DNA from: Gammaproteobacteria bacterium
GTDB taxonomy: Bacteria > Pseudomonadota > Gammaproteobacteria > UBA4575
NCBI GenBank assembly: GCA_041576975.1
Contig: JBFGJY010000003.1
Location: forward strand, 997-64,996
Direction: 5' to 3'
Length of the DNA: 64,000 bases
Shown: one piece after another, positions 20,080 to 29,377 of the stretch
Position numbering within the stretch: the stretch's first letter is position 1
How the letters are laid out: each line of letters starts with the position of its first letter
Made by a program: the position numbers and the translations under genes
Notes under the pieces: generated by a model
The model's input: only the letters and a program-made list of their open reading frames with translations
What the model was told of the DNA's origin: nothing
Database searches by the model: none

Positions 20080-21453
20080 TTGCGCTCCATGGCGACAGTA
20101 GTAATTGATATTTACGACAGTGGTGTACTGATAAGCGATGGAGATCAAGTTCTAGCCAGTAGTGCAAGCTGCGCCTTAATTGAATCCGATAACTCCATAA
20201 TTATTGGAGAACTTGCCGAACAACAGGCACATCTACGCCCTCGTGAAATTTGTACTCAATTTTGGAGCCAACTATCGGCTACTAGCAACACAAAGCATGT
20301 AGTCAGTAACGCCGAACTCGCATTTAAACATCTCCAGTATGTATGGAAACAACTTTCTAAACAGAACTATGAAGTCATTTTGGCTACCCCAAATTTATTG
20401 ACTAAACAAGATTTAGGGCTGTTATTGGGGATATGCGAAAAACTATCGATTCCAGTGCTAGGCTTAGTAAATAAAGCTGTACTCGCACTGCAAGGACCCG
20501 TTACAAAATCCAAATCTAAGATTGTCTATTTAGATGTTTTACAACAACAAATTACAATAACAGAAATTTTGCAAACTGAATCGAGCGTTTCTGCATTACA
20601 GCCTAGTTCCGTTCTGAAACATGGCCTGCAATCTTTAACTAACAATCTTGCAAAGTTTATTGCGGAAAAATTTGTTGCTGAAACACGTTTTGATCCAATG
20701 CATATAGCAGAAGATGAACAACAGTTTTTTGACAAACTAGCTCACTGGCTAAAGACGTTAGAAACATGTGATTCAACTGAATGTATATTAACCTCAAAAT
20801 CAAGTCATTATAGTATTCAGCTAGATAAAAAAATCTTACTAAATATAAACCAAATTGCATTCAATGAAATTACAACAAGATTGAAGGCTTTTTCCACTGA
20901 CCAAGACGCGGTAGTAGTCATATGTTCGCCAACTTGTGCACAAGTATTTGGACTCCTTGATTTTTTAATGACGTTGCCAGGATGCGCGATACATTTATTA
21001 GATCAAAATAGCATTGCGAAACAGGCGATACTTTACAAAGAGCAAATCAATTCAAAAGACAATAAGATACACTACACAACTTCACTAGAGAGGAATCAAG
21101 GTGCACAACCCTTAACCTTGAAATTTCATGCTGGATCTTTATCAAAACTAGATACTATTCCAACTCATTTGTTACTCAATGATCAAGCATTCCCACTCGT
21201 ACAAGAAGTTTTTGTAACTAAAAACGAGAATAGTGAAGGCCTAACTATAAATAGTATCTATAGTGATAATGCGGTTTGCAAAATTTCCACAAATGGTTTG
21301 CTTGTAGAAATTGAAAATTTAAATAACTACACAATCAAATTTAATGGCAAGGCATTATCGACACGGAGTTTAGTTCAAATCGGAGATCGTCTATATATTG
21401 AAGAGAATAATTACGAAATATATTTTATTGAAGTAAATTACCATGAAACGTAG
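20080..21453 (+). CDS. cytoplasmic Hsp70/actin-fold (ASKHA)-like protein with degenerate phosphate-1 motif; possible FHA-like C-terminus
   Basis: N-terminal MATVVIDIYDSGVLISDGDQVL…NSIIIGELAEQQA…RPRE parallels DnaK IIGIDLGTTNSCVAV…TPSIIAY…LVGQPAKRQA…NP, but lacks DLGTTNS. No TM segment. Confidence 0.5.
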   Translation: MRSMATVVIDIYDSGVLISDGDQVLASSASCALIESDNSIIIGELAEQQAHLRPREICTQFWSQLSATSNTKHVVSNAELAFKHLQYVWKQLSKQNYEVILATPNLLTKQDLGLLLGICEKLSIPVLGLVNKAVLALQGPVTKSKSKIVYLDVLQQQITITEILQTESSVSALQPSSVLKHGLQSLTNNLAKFIAEKFVAETRFDPMHIAEDEQQFFDKLAHWLKTLETCDSTECILTSKSSHYSIQLDKKILLNINQIAFNEITTRLKAFSTDQDAVVVICSPTCAQVFGLLDFLMTLPGCAIHLLDQNSIAKQAILYKEQINSKDNKIHYTTSLERNQGAQPLTLKFHAGSLSKLDTIPTHLLLNDQAFPLVQEVFVTKNENSEGLTINSIYSDNAVCKISTNGLLVEIENLNNYTIKFNGKALSTRSLVQIGDRLYIEENNYEIYFIEVNYHET

Positions 21454-22534
21454 AACTGTAAACGCATTTAGTTTAGCTTTTTTAGATGTAATGTTTTGCG
21501 GTTTTGGTGCTGTCATATTGTTTTTCATGATCATCAACGCAAATACGCATGTAAGAAGAGATAAGATTAATTATGAAGTTCAAGGAGAGGTTACAAAGCT
21601 TGATGTAAAAGTAAAGGATGCTAAAAAGTTCTTAGTACAACTTAAAAATTCCGTTCAAGTATTAGATGATGAGTATATAAAAACTCAAGGTCGCTCAAAA
21701 AAAATTATAGAAAATATTCAAATTGATAAAATCCAGTTAGCCCAACAACGTAAAGCAACTTTAGCCAGGTTACAAAATATCAATCAACTAAAAGCTGATT
21801 TGAGATCTCTCGAGGAAGCCAATGAACGCTTGGAAGGTGGTGCGATGGATGCGCAGGCCCAGGGAGATCGATTACGTTATTTTGCTGGACAAGGACAACG
21901 ACAGTATTTAACTGGTTTAAAAATGGGTGGCGAGCGAATTCTGATTTTAGTGGATAGCTCCGCCAGCATGCTTGCAGACAGAATCATCAATGTATTGCGA
22001 TTTCGAAATTTACCGCCTGAAAAAAGAATACTTGCAGCAAAGTGGCAACAAGTTCTTTACACCGTAGACTGGATTACGACACGTATACCACCATCAAGTA
22101 AATTCCAAATCTATACCTTTAACGAAAAGAGCGCACCTGTATATACAGTAGCAGGTATAGAATGGTTAGATGGTGGAAATGTAAAGCAGTTAAATGCTGC
22201 AGTAAGCGGCTTTTACAATACCGTTCCAGGTAAAGGTACCAGTCTTTATAATGCATTTAAAAGTATCGATAAATTATCCCCACCACCAGATAATATTTAT
22301 CTGTTAACAGATGGCTTACCTACACAAGGCGAATCAAAGCCTTTTAGTACAAAAATAACTGCCAAGGCACGTAGAAAACTCTTCAGAAAAGCACTAGAAA
22401 AACTACCAACCGGAATACCGGTTAATATAATTTTATTTCACATGGAAGGAGATCCTGATGCATCAAGTGAATATTGGAAACTAGCACAAAAAACCAATGG
22501 CGCTTTTTTTAGCCCTTCTAAAGATTGGCCTTAA
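21443..22534 (+). CDS. ExbD/TolR/MotB-like TM anchor (conserved Asp) + coiled coil + vWA domain protein, paralogue 1
   Basis: N-terminal KRR…AFSLAFLDVMFCGFGAVILFFMI parallels ExbD/TolR …INVTPFIDVMLVLLIIFMV, with the catalytic Asp in the TM. A heptad-rich region follows. The vWA MIDAS is ILILVDSSASM (DxSxS). Confidence 0.7.
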   Translation: MKRRTVNAFSLAFLDVMFCGFGAVILFFMIINANTHVRRDKINYEVQGEVTKLDVKVKDAKKFLVQLKNSVQVLDDEYIKTQGRSKKIIENIQIDKIQLAQQRKATLARLQNINQLKADLRSLEEANERLEGGAMDAQAQGDRLRYFAGQGQRQYLTGLKMGGERILILVDSSASMLADRIINVLRFRNLPPEKRILAAKWQQVLYTVDWITTRIPPSSKFQIYTFNEKSAPVYTVAGIEWLDGGNVKQLNAAVSGFYNTVPGKGTSLYNAFKSIDKLSPPPDNIYLLTDGLPTQGESKPFSTKITAKARRKLFRKALEKLPTGIPVNIILFHMEGDPDASSEYWKLAQKTNGAFFSPSKDWP

Positions 22535-22537
22535 AAA

Positions 22538-23545
22538 ATGAAAAAACGTAGAGGCATAGAAATTTTCAGCTTGTCTTTTTTAGACTGTGTATGCTGTGGA
22601 TTTGGCGCACTTATTTTACTGTTAGTGCTATCAAAAACTGCTGAGCCGGTAATTTTTGAAGAGTACAGCAAAGATCTAGACAAAATAGTTGCAAAGTTGC
22701 AAGAAGAGTTATTTGAATTACGCGGTGATGCACATATTTTAAATCGCGAACTTGTCAGCAAAAAAGAACAGATTGCTCAAGAAATTGAAAAAATTGCACG
22801 CCTACAGGGCGACTTGTCATCAATCAAAGGACAATTTTCTGCTTCCAAAGATGATGCAACTATACAAAATAAAATCGAGGGCCAATTAGCTAATGCTAAA
22901 CAAGACCTCACGGAAGAGATGCGTCGCTTGCAAGAACAAAAACTTCCTCCGCGCAGCGAGCCCGATGCAACTGTAGGAGGTATTCCTATCGATAGTGAAT
23001 ATATTATTTTTATTATTGATACTTCTGGCAGTATGTTTAATCACGGCTGGGGGTCGGTGCAACAAAAACTCACTGAAGTATTAAATGTATATCCAAAAGT
23101 TAAAGGCATACAGGTCATGAATGACATGGGCGAATATATGTTTTCACAGTATGCTGGACAGTGGATCCCTGATACACCTGCGCGTCGCAAAGCTGTATTG
23201 AAACGCTTACGTAACTGGCAACCATTTAGCAATAGTAGCCCGGTAGAAGGAATTACAGCTGCAATTCGTACATTTTATTCAAAAAATAAAAAAATTAGTC
23301 TGTATGTATTTGGGGATGAATTTACTGGGCCATCAATTGAATCAGTGTTAAATGAAGTAAACCGAATAAATAAAAAAGACAAGCATGGTAATCGTCGCGT
23401 TCGTATTCATGCAGTAGGGTTTCCAATTCAATTCATTCGCCCTGAAAAAGAGCAGATCACAGGAATCCGCTTTGCTACCTTAATGCGCGCCTTGTGTGAA
23501 CAAAATGGTGGCACCTTTGTAGGACTTAATTCTCACACACGTTAA
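22538..23545 (+). CDS. ExbD/TolR/MotB-like TM anchor + coiled coil + vWA domain protein, paralogue 2
   Basis: N-terminal KKRRGIEIFSLSFLDCVCCGFGALILLLVL. Coiled coil. The vWA MIDAS is IIFIIDTSGSM. Confidence 0.7.
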   Translation: MKKRRGIEIFSLSFLDCVCCGFGALILLLVLSKTAEPVIFEEYSKDLDKIVAKLQEELFELRGDAHILNRELVSKKEQIAQEIEKIARLQGDLSSIKGQFSASKDDATIQNKIEGQLANAKQDLTEEMRRLQEQKLPPRSEPDATVGGIPIDSEYIIFIIDTSGSMFNHGWGSVQQKLTEVLNVYPKVKGIQVMNDMGEYMFSQYAGQWIPDTPARRKAVLKRLRNWQPFSNSSPVEGITAAIRTFYSKNKKISLYVFGDEFTGPSIESVLNEVNRINKKDKHGNRRVRIHAVGFPIQFIRPEKEQITGIRFATLMRALCEQNGGTFVGLNSHTR

Positions 23546-23744
23546 CTTACCAAATATAACTTATTCGCTAGCACTGACTAAATAGTTGTCGCATACTGTG
23601 AATAACTATTTGAATTGAAGTAGTTTTCTACAATTTTTTTATCTTTTCATCAAATCCTATTTCAACAGGCTTTAAGTGCATTTTATCGTTAAAAATCTGC
23701 CGCTCATAGCTTCAAAGCGGGCTTACCAATTAAAGGAGTACAAA

Positions 23745-24326
23745 ATGTTATCTGCAAACAATTATCAAATTCTGACATACAGGTTTTTGAAGGGCTTTAT
23801 TAAAAACATCATCTTTATCGTTTTATGTTGTGTGTGGCTTAGCTTGACTGCATGCGGCGGGAAAGAAGATGAACAAGCTGTAAGTTCTGAAGAAGAACTA
23901 GAAGCAAAAAATGAAACACCAGTTGAAAAATCTACCAATAAAGATATTGCAGCAGAGATACAGGCTAACAAGGAAAAATGGTTATCGCATGCGGTCAATG
24001 AATATCAGATCGAAATGCAAAAAATATGCTTCTGTGCACCAGACGTGGTTCGCCTTATGATTTTTGAAATAGCAAATAATGAAATCAAGACGGCACGTTA
24101 CGCAGACACAGGCGATGAAGTAGATCCGAGTCACTACAACCAATACAGCACAATTGAAGGAATATTTTTATTGGTAGAACAGGCGTTAGAAAAAAATCCA
24201 GCAGATATATCCATCGCCTATGACGAGGAATATGGTTACATCAAAGAATTTAGCGTTGATTATCAGGTACATATTGCGGATGACGAAATTACAATAATTG
24301 CTTCAAATATGAAACCAAGCAAGTAG
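23745..24326 (+). CDS. hypothetical lipoprotein
   Basis: An AAGGAG Shine-Dalgarno lies 7 nt upstream of ATG 23745. The ORF track starts earlier, at 23676. Lipobox LSLTAC↓GG. A Cys-containing C-terminal domain (ICFCAPD). Confidence 0.55.
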   Translation: MLSANNYQILTYRFLKGFIKNIIFIVLCCVWLSLTACGGKEDEQAVSSEEELEAKNETPVEKSTNKDIAAEIQANKEKWLSHAVNEYQIEMQKICFCAPDVVRLMIFEIANNEIKTARYADTGDEVDPSHYNQYSTIEGIFLLVEQALEKNPADISIAYDEEYGYIKEFSVDYQVHIADDEITIIASNMKPSK

Positions 24327-24352
24327 ACGAATATTATGGGTTGGACTTTTGT

Positions 24353-26383
24353 ATGTATAAATTAGTTAAATATTTTCTAGTTATTTTAGTTTTATTTATA
24401 TTTACTAGTTCAGCTCAAGCAATTCAAACGTTACCGATTGAAATCAATAGTGAAAGTTTCCAAATTGAATACTGGCCAAGCTATTTTGCAAATGAATTAG
24501 ACATTCAGTTTATGGATGATACTGACACGGATACAAATGATATAAATATCGAATTTTATCGAGGAAAAATAGTTGGTCATCCAGATACTCTAGTGACACT
24601 TTCTAAAGTAGGGGACGATTTAAAAGGATTGGCTTTTTTCTACGGCCAGTATTATAAAATTGCGGGTTCAATGTCGAATCTCAGCGAGCAGCCCTCTGCA
24701 TCTATGGAAATTTCCGAGGTCAATGTCACTGATATGGCCCAACGTATGACTCGCGAAATGTGTCCTATCCATACGCCAGAACATCACGACATGCAAATGA
24801 CAGCGATGGCTACTATGAATATGAACACAAATGGTTCGCCTCCAGTTGCTTTTGCAGTGGGTAACGTCAATCTAGTTGCAGATGTCGCGTTGGCCTTAGA
24901 CCCTCAATATGTTTTGATTCATGGTGGAGAAACTAACGCTGTCGTCAAGGCGTTACAAATATTAGATCAGGCCGATATGTTTTATCGCCAAGCCAAGCCC
25001 GCAAATGGGGCCGGAGGACTAGGCATCGCATTAAATAACATTAGCATCAGGGTTTTCAGTAATGCATTGCCATTTGGTGTTGCTGATATCGAAGACCCCA
25101 ATCCAAGTCTGGCCAATGGCAACCAGCCTGAAATAGATGCATCTGCGTACCTCAATAGAGTTCAAGTTAATAGTAACGCGCTGTTTGGAAATTTAAGAAC
25201 GGTAGGTGCAGTATTTACCGGTTATGACTTAGATAACACAGTGGTAGGTGACGGAGTCGCTGGCTTAGCTTTTCTTTCTACCTCATGTAGCTCATTAGGA
25301 GTGAGTGTTGAAGAAGGATGGGGTAATGATAGTGCATCGGCTGTAATCACTGCGCATGAAATAGCCCATAATTTTGGTTCTTGTCATGATGGATCCCCCA
25401 TTCTTGATGCAGCAAATAATATATGCCCCATTAGCTCAGTTGGTTGCCCGGCAAACGGACCATATATCATGGCACCTTTTGTTAATCCAGCTGCCACGCA
25501 GTTTTCTGAATGTTCAATTGCCAATGTAACCTCTCACATTAATGTTCAAACCTGTTACAAACAACCAATTGATATTCAGATTACTCTACAAAACATCGTG
25601 CCTGCTGCCGCTAATGCATTAACTCAAGGTAACACAAGTGTACGCACATTCAGTATAGGTAACATGACTGATGTTACCTTAATGAACGTAAACATATCAG
25701 GCTCTCTCGAAAACCTTAGTGATCCTAACAATCCAAATACAGAATATACGACGGTTACACTTGAAGGTAATGCCTGCACTATCGCGGCTAGCCGCCAAAC
25801 CTACACATGTACTATTTCATCTATTGATGCTAACAATGCGCAAACACAAGCTATTGTTGAAACGGTCACCGCAACAGGTACTGGACAATTCATGTCAGCT
25901 ACAGAATATAAAAATGTCGCATCTGAACAGAGAGTAGATATTGAACCTCAAAATAGTATCGTAGCGCTTACGCAAACTATAAATGCACCAGTCACGCCTC
26001 CAGCTGCACCAAGTAATGTACAAGCTACATTGCTCAGCAACGGAAATATTCAAGTAAGCTGGACAGATAATAGTAATAATGAACAAGCCTTTATAATTGA
26101 ACGCAGTGAAGATGGTGGCACTACATTTGATGTCATAGCAGCAAATCAAGCTGCTAATTCAACAAGCTATATCGATACCAGCGTCGTCGAAAATACAACA
26201 TACACTTATAAAGTTTCTGCAAGCAATAGTATGGGCGCTGCACTTGCTGCAAATACACCAAGCGTTACTACATCTACTAGTGTTGCTACTTCTTCCGGAG
26301 GTGGTGGCGGCGGAGGTGGTGGTGCTTTCTATCTATTGACAGTTTGCTTGCTGTTAGCTCGAGCTTTAACTAAGTTTAGATAA
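24353..26383 (+). CDS. secreted metzincin (reprolysin/M12B-like) zinc metalloprotease with fibronectin-III domain and GlyGly-CTERM-like sorting tail
   Basis: Signal peptide …TSSAQA↓. Zinc site HEIAHNFGSCHDG (HExxHxxGxxHD). Fn3-like …QVSWTDNSNNEQAFIIERSEDGGTTFDVIAANQAANSTSYIDTSVVENTTYTYKVSA…. C-terminus SSGGGGGGGGGAFYLLTVCLLLARALTKFR*. Confidence 0.7.
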   Translation: MYKLVKYFLVILVLFIFTSSAQAIQTLPIEINSESFQIEYWPSYFANELDIQFMDDTDTDTNDINIEFYRGKIVGHPDTLVTLSKVGDDLKGLAFFYGQYYKIAGSMSNLSEQPSASMEISEVNVTDMAQRMTREMCPIHTPEHHDMQMTAMATMNMNTNGSPPVAFAVGNVNLVADVALALDPQYVLIHGGETNAVVKALQILDQADMFYRQAKPANGAGGLGIALNNISIRVFSNALPFGVADIEDPNPSLANGNQPEIDASAYLNRVQVNSNALFGNLRTVGAVFTGYDLDNTVVGDGVAGLAFLSTSCSSLGVSVEEGWGNDSASAVITAHEIAHNFGSCHDGSPILDAANNICPISSVGCPANGPYIMAPFVNPAATQFSECSIANVTSHINVQTCYKQPIDIQITLQNIVPAAANALTQGNTSVRTFSIGNMTDVTLMNVNISGSLENLSDPNNPNTEYTTVTLEGNACTIAASRQTYTCTISSIDANNAQTQAIVETVTATGTGQFMSATEYKNVASEQRVDIEPQNSIVALTQTINAPVTPPAAPSNVQATLLSNGNIQVSWTDNSNNEQAFIIERSEDGGTTFDVIAANQAANSTSYIDTSVVENTTYTYKVSASNSMGAALAANTPSVTTSTSVATSSGGGGGGGGGAFYLLTVCLLLARALTKFR

Positions 26384-26420
26384 GTCCTGTACATTGCACT
26401 ATCTGAGAGCTGCTTACTTG

Positions 26421-26452
26421 GAATGACCGCTTTCGACCCAAATCTGACATTT
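26421..26452 (-). repeat. REP-like palindromic element, copy 2 (reverse orientation)
   Basis: The reverse complement AATGTCAGATTTGGGTCGAAAGCGGTCATTC matches the 29343 copy. It lies 38 nt after the metzincin gene stop. Confidence 0.65.
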
Positions 26453-26804
26453 TAATTGTGGGCTAAGAATCATCATTTAATCAGTTTTCACTCTAAATTA
26501 TTACTTACCTTTTAATACTTTTTAACTTAATTTTTTCGTTTTTTTATAACACCATATTTATATTTATTTCTTTTTGGCGTTCTGAATCGATTTATTGTGT
26601 TTTAGCGATTCATACCAATTGCAGTCATAATAAAATATATAGCAAGTAAAAGGACTCTAACTACTTTTTACTACCCTATTTCTCCTACATTCCTCAAACC
26701 CAGGTTTTATGCACCTGAGTTTAAATACTTTTTATGCTAACGCTTGGCGTTGCTTAGCCAGTAAGTTGGTGGATTGTTTTATTGTGTGCCATCGTACAAA
26801 ACGA

Positions 26805-27128
26805 TTACTTACATCGAGTACTACTACCCAGTGGTCGCTTAAATGTATAAGCGGCTGGTTCAACCACTAACTTTTTGCCAGCTTCTCCTGCGTTACCACC
26901 AAGTAATGTGAACGGCAAGGATGCTACATATGCAACAGAGCCGATGGCAGTTCCAACTATCCCGAAAGGTCTAATAAAAACTATATCTACTAACATCGAA
27001 TCCGATGAGCGAGAGTATTCCGATTCACAACCGCCTTGCCCGTAAAACGTCCAACGATCTTGTGTGGCTAATAGCGTACTTGGTACACAAAAAGCAGCAC
27101 ATAAGATCAAAGCAAATATCTTGTTCAT
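26805..27128 (-). CDS. small secreted hypothetical protein
   Basis: Start placed at MNKIFALILCAAF…. A GAGGGGGA Shine-Dalgarno lies 9 nt upstream, and a signal peptide is present. No family recognised. Confidence 0.45.
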   Translation of the reverse strand: MNKIFALILCAAFCVPSTLLATQDRWTFYGQGGCESEYSRSSDSMLVDIVFIRPFGIVGTAIGSVAYVASLPFTLLGGNAGEAGKKLVVEPAAYTFKRPLGSSTRCK

Positions 27129-27701
27129 AGCGTATTCCCCCTCAATCAAAATTATTATACAAAGCTTATGCTAAATGGTTATCTAAGTATAGAATTTTTA
27201 ACCAATTTCAGCGTTTACATTCTATCGTCCGTATTACTAATTTATTACACTCTACAACCGAAATAACCTTAATATGTATACAAAAACTCTATCTCAAGAT
27301 GTAAATCTTGCATTGGATATTGTTAACCAATTCACAATTAAGCATAAATTTTACAAGGGAATAAAAGAGAACTAGGCAAAACTATATTAGCTTTCGTTTG
27401 AATTTATTATTTTAGACGTGATTATATTGACTTTAAGATCTTAGTTTAGAGAATGAATGTTAGAGCAGTGGAAGCAAATATTATTAAAATAGATGATCAA
27501 GAAGAAAACTATGATGCTTATAAAAATAATATAGTCTTATTGTTCTTTCATTTTTGGATAGGCACTTAATTTCAGCTTGCATAATCAAGATGTGAATTAT
27601 AATTTCAAATTCCGAATATTTGCTTACGGCCAGAAGCAATCATACAATACATGAACGATTGCTTTAAATTTCGTTTGAGAAAAATATAGATAAACAAATA
27701 A

Positions 27702-28286
27702 TCAGATCTCAATCAGTTTAAAAATATTTTTTGCTATTTGTAAGCATGCTGATTTTGTCAAAGGACCCTTTGTCATTGCTAACATCCCGATAAACGATAC
27801 AGATATTAGTTGTGCAATTTCACTAGCACTTAAGTCTGTACGAATTTCATTCAAGGCTTGGCCTGCTTCAATCGTCTTGGTGAATAGTTTATGGGTTCGC
27901 ATGAAATGAGCTTTAGCTCTTTGTGCGACCTCTTCATCCTGATTAGCGCGTTCCACTATAGAATTTACAAGCAGGCAACCTCTTTGCAGGGTTTGCCCAC
28001 AAACAAGCTTGATTTCGGTATTTAGCCACAAGCGCAACCCTTCTTTTGGTGTGCTACCACTTTCTATCGTCTCCTTGTTGAAATTATGGAGGTCATCAAG
28101 ATAGCGATCCAATGCGGCAATGAATAAAGAGTGTTTATCACCGAAGGCCTTATAGATACTTCCCTTCTGTAAATCCATGGCCTCCATCAAATCAGAAAGA
28201 GAAGTGGCTTCATAGCCATGGTTCCAAAAAGCTTGCATCGCCTGTTCTAAGGCCTGATCCATATCGAATTCTCTTGGTCTAGCCAT
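27702..28286 (-). CDS. TetR/AcrR-family transcriptional regulator
   Basis: N-terminal HTH …FWNHGYEATSLSDLMEAMDLQKGSIYKAFGDKHSLF…. 194 aa. Confidence 0.85.
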   Translation of the reverse strand: MARPREFDMDQALEQAMQAFWNHGYEATSLSDLMEAMDLQKGSIYKAFGDKHSLFIAALDRYLDDLHNFNKETIESGSTPKEGLRLWLNTEIKLVCGQTLQRGCLLVNSIVERANQDEEVAQRAKAHFMRTHKLFTKTIEAGQALNEIRTDLSASEIAQLISVSFIGMLAMTKGPLTKSACLQIAKNIFKLIEI

Positions 28287-28506
28287 CGTTAAATCCTTTT
28301 TTACTTACTTCCACACAAGCATACCTATTAGGAACCATTTGGTCAATAACTAATTTCTATGCGCCATAGAAAACTTTGAAGGGAATTATTGTTGACCGTG
28401 CAGTTCCTATTCTGTATCGTAGACCCATTGTTGACTGATTGGTTCCTATTCAATAGATCAACAAGAAAAGACTTCATTAAACATTAATTTTTTTAGGAGA
28501 TTAAAC

Positions 28507-28863
28507 ATGAAAGCAAAAGCACTAACGAAGAAAATGAATATGAATAATGTATTCTTAAAAACCATTAATTATTTGGCCGCTATTGGTCTGTTAATTGGCA
28601 CAGCCACGGTATCTGCTGGTGATAATGAACTTTGGCGTAACCAAGTCTCATCTATCCCCGGTCAGACGATAGGCTCTTTTACGGTCGGGAAACCAGGAGG
28701 TTCTTCATTTCTGGATGCTGTGAGAGAGAACCATCTCCCCACTACTCAGGATGATACCTCTATGGTTGAGTCACAACGCCGATTATTAAGCGATACGGAT
28801 ACCGCAAGCGGCGACTGGTTCTTTAATACAATTACACCAGATACTTACGGCTACGGAAGTTAG
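28507..28863 (+). CDS. small secreted hypothetical protein, divergent from the TetR gene
   Basis: An AGGAGA Shine-Dalgarno lies 7 nt upstream. Signal peptide LAAIGLLIGTATVSA↓. Followed by a strong terminator. Confidence 0.5.
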   Translation: MKAKALTKKMNMNNVFLKTINYLAAIGLLIGTATVSAGDNELWRNQVSSIPGQTIGSFTVGKPGGSSFLDAVRENHLPTTQDDTSMVESQRRLLSDTDTASGDWFFNTITPDTYGYGS

Positions 28864-28882
28864 TTAATGGTGTTTATTTAAC

Positions 28883-28926
28883 TCACGGGACTACCCCTCT
28901 TTAGGTGGTCTCGTGAGATTTTGAAT
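28883..28926 (+). terminator. rho-independent terminator after the 28507 gene
   Basis: CTCACGGGAC-N16-GTCTCGTGAG forms a 10-bp stem with one G·U pair, followed by ATTTTGAATTTTT. Confidence 0.65.
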
Positions 28927-29342
28927 TTTTATAAGTAAATAGGACATCAAAAATCGATCAACTTATGATAAACACATGGTAAGACATAACAGTTGTTATT
29001 ATCGTGGATTGAATTCACAAATGTTGCTCTAAGAATCTATCAAGCGATATAAAAAACTGATCAAAAACGTTACCCACACTTTTCCATCTAATCCACCATG
29101 GAAAGTTAATCAATCATATCGCGCATGAAAATCTGCACATGCTTTTTTTCAATTCCTTCTTTTTATGGTCTTTTTTTTCATGGTGCTTTACGGATTCGCA
29201 TTTGCATGCTTTTAGCTGGTTTTTTTCAGAATTCCGAAATATTTCTTCTATGTAATGTCCCATGTGATTAAAGCACCAACTAGAGTTAAGGTAACTACTT
29301 GTCGCCTAACACATGGAATGAGTTCAAATTCACTCTAACTAC

Positions 29343-29376
29343 GAATGTCCGTTTTGGGGGTCGAAAGCGGTCATTC
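29343..29376 (+). repeat. REP-like palindromic element, copy 3 (GAATGTCCGTTTTGGGGGTCGAAAGCGGTCATTC)
   Basis: A 9-bp stem with one mismatch and a 16-nt loop. It abuts the stop codon of the minus-strand 29378..29773 gene. Confidence 0.65.
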
Positions 29377-29377
29377 G

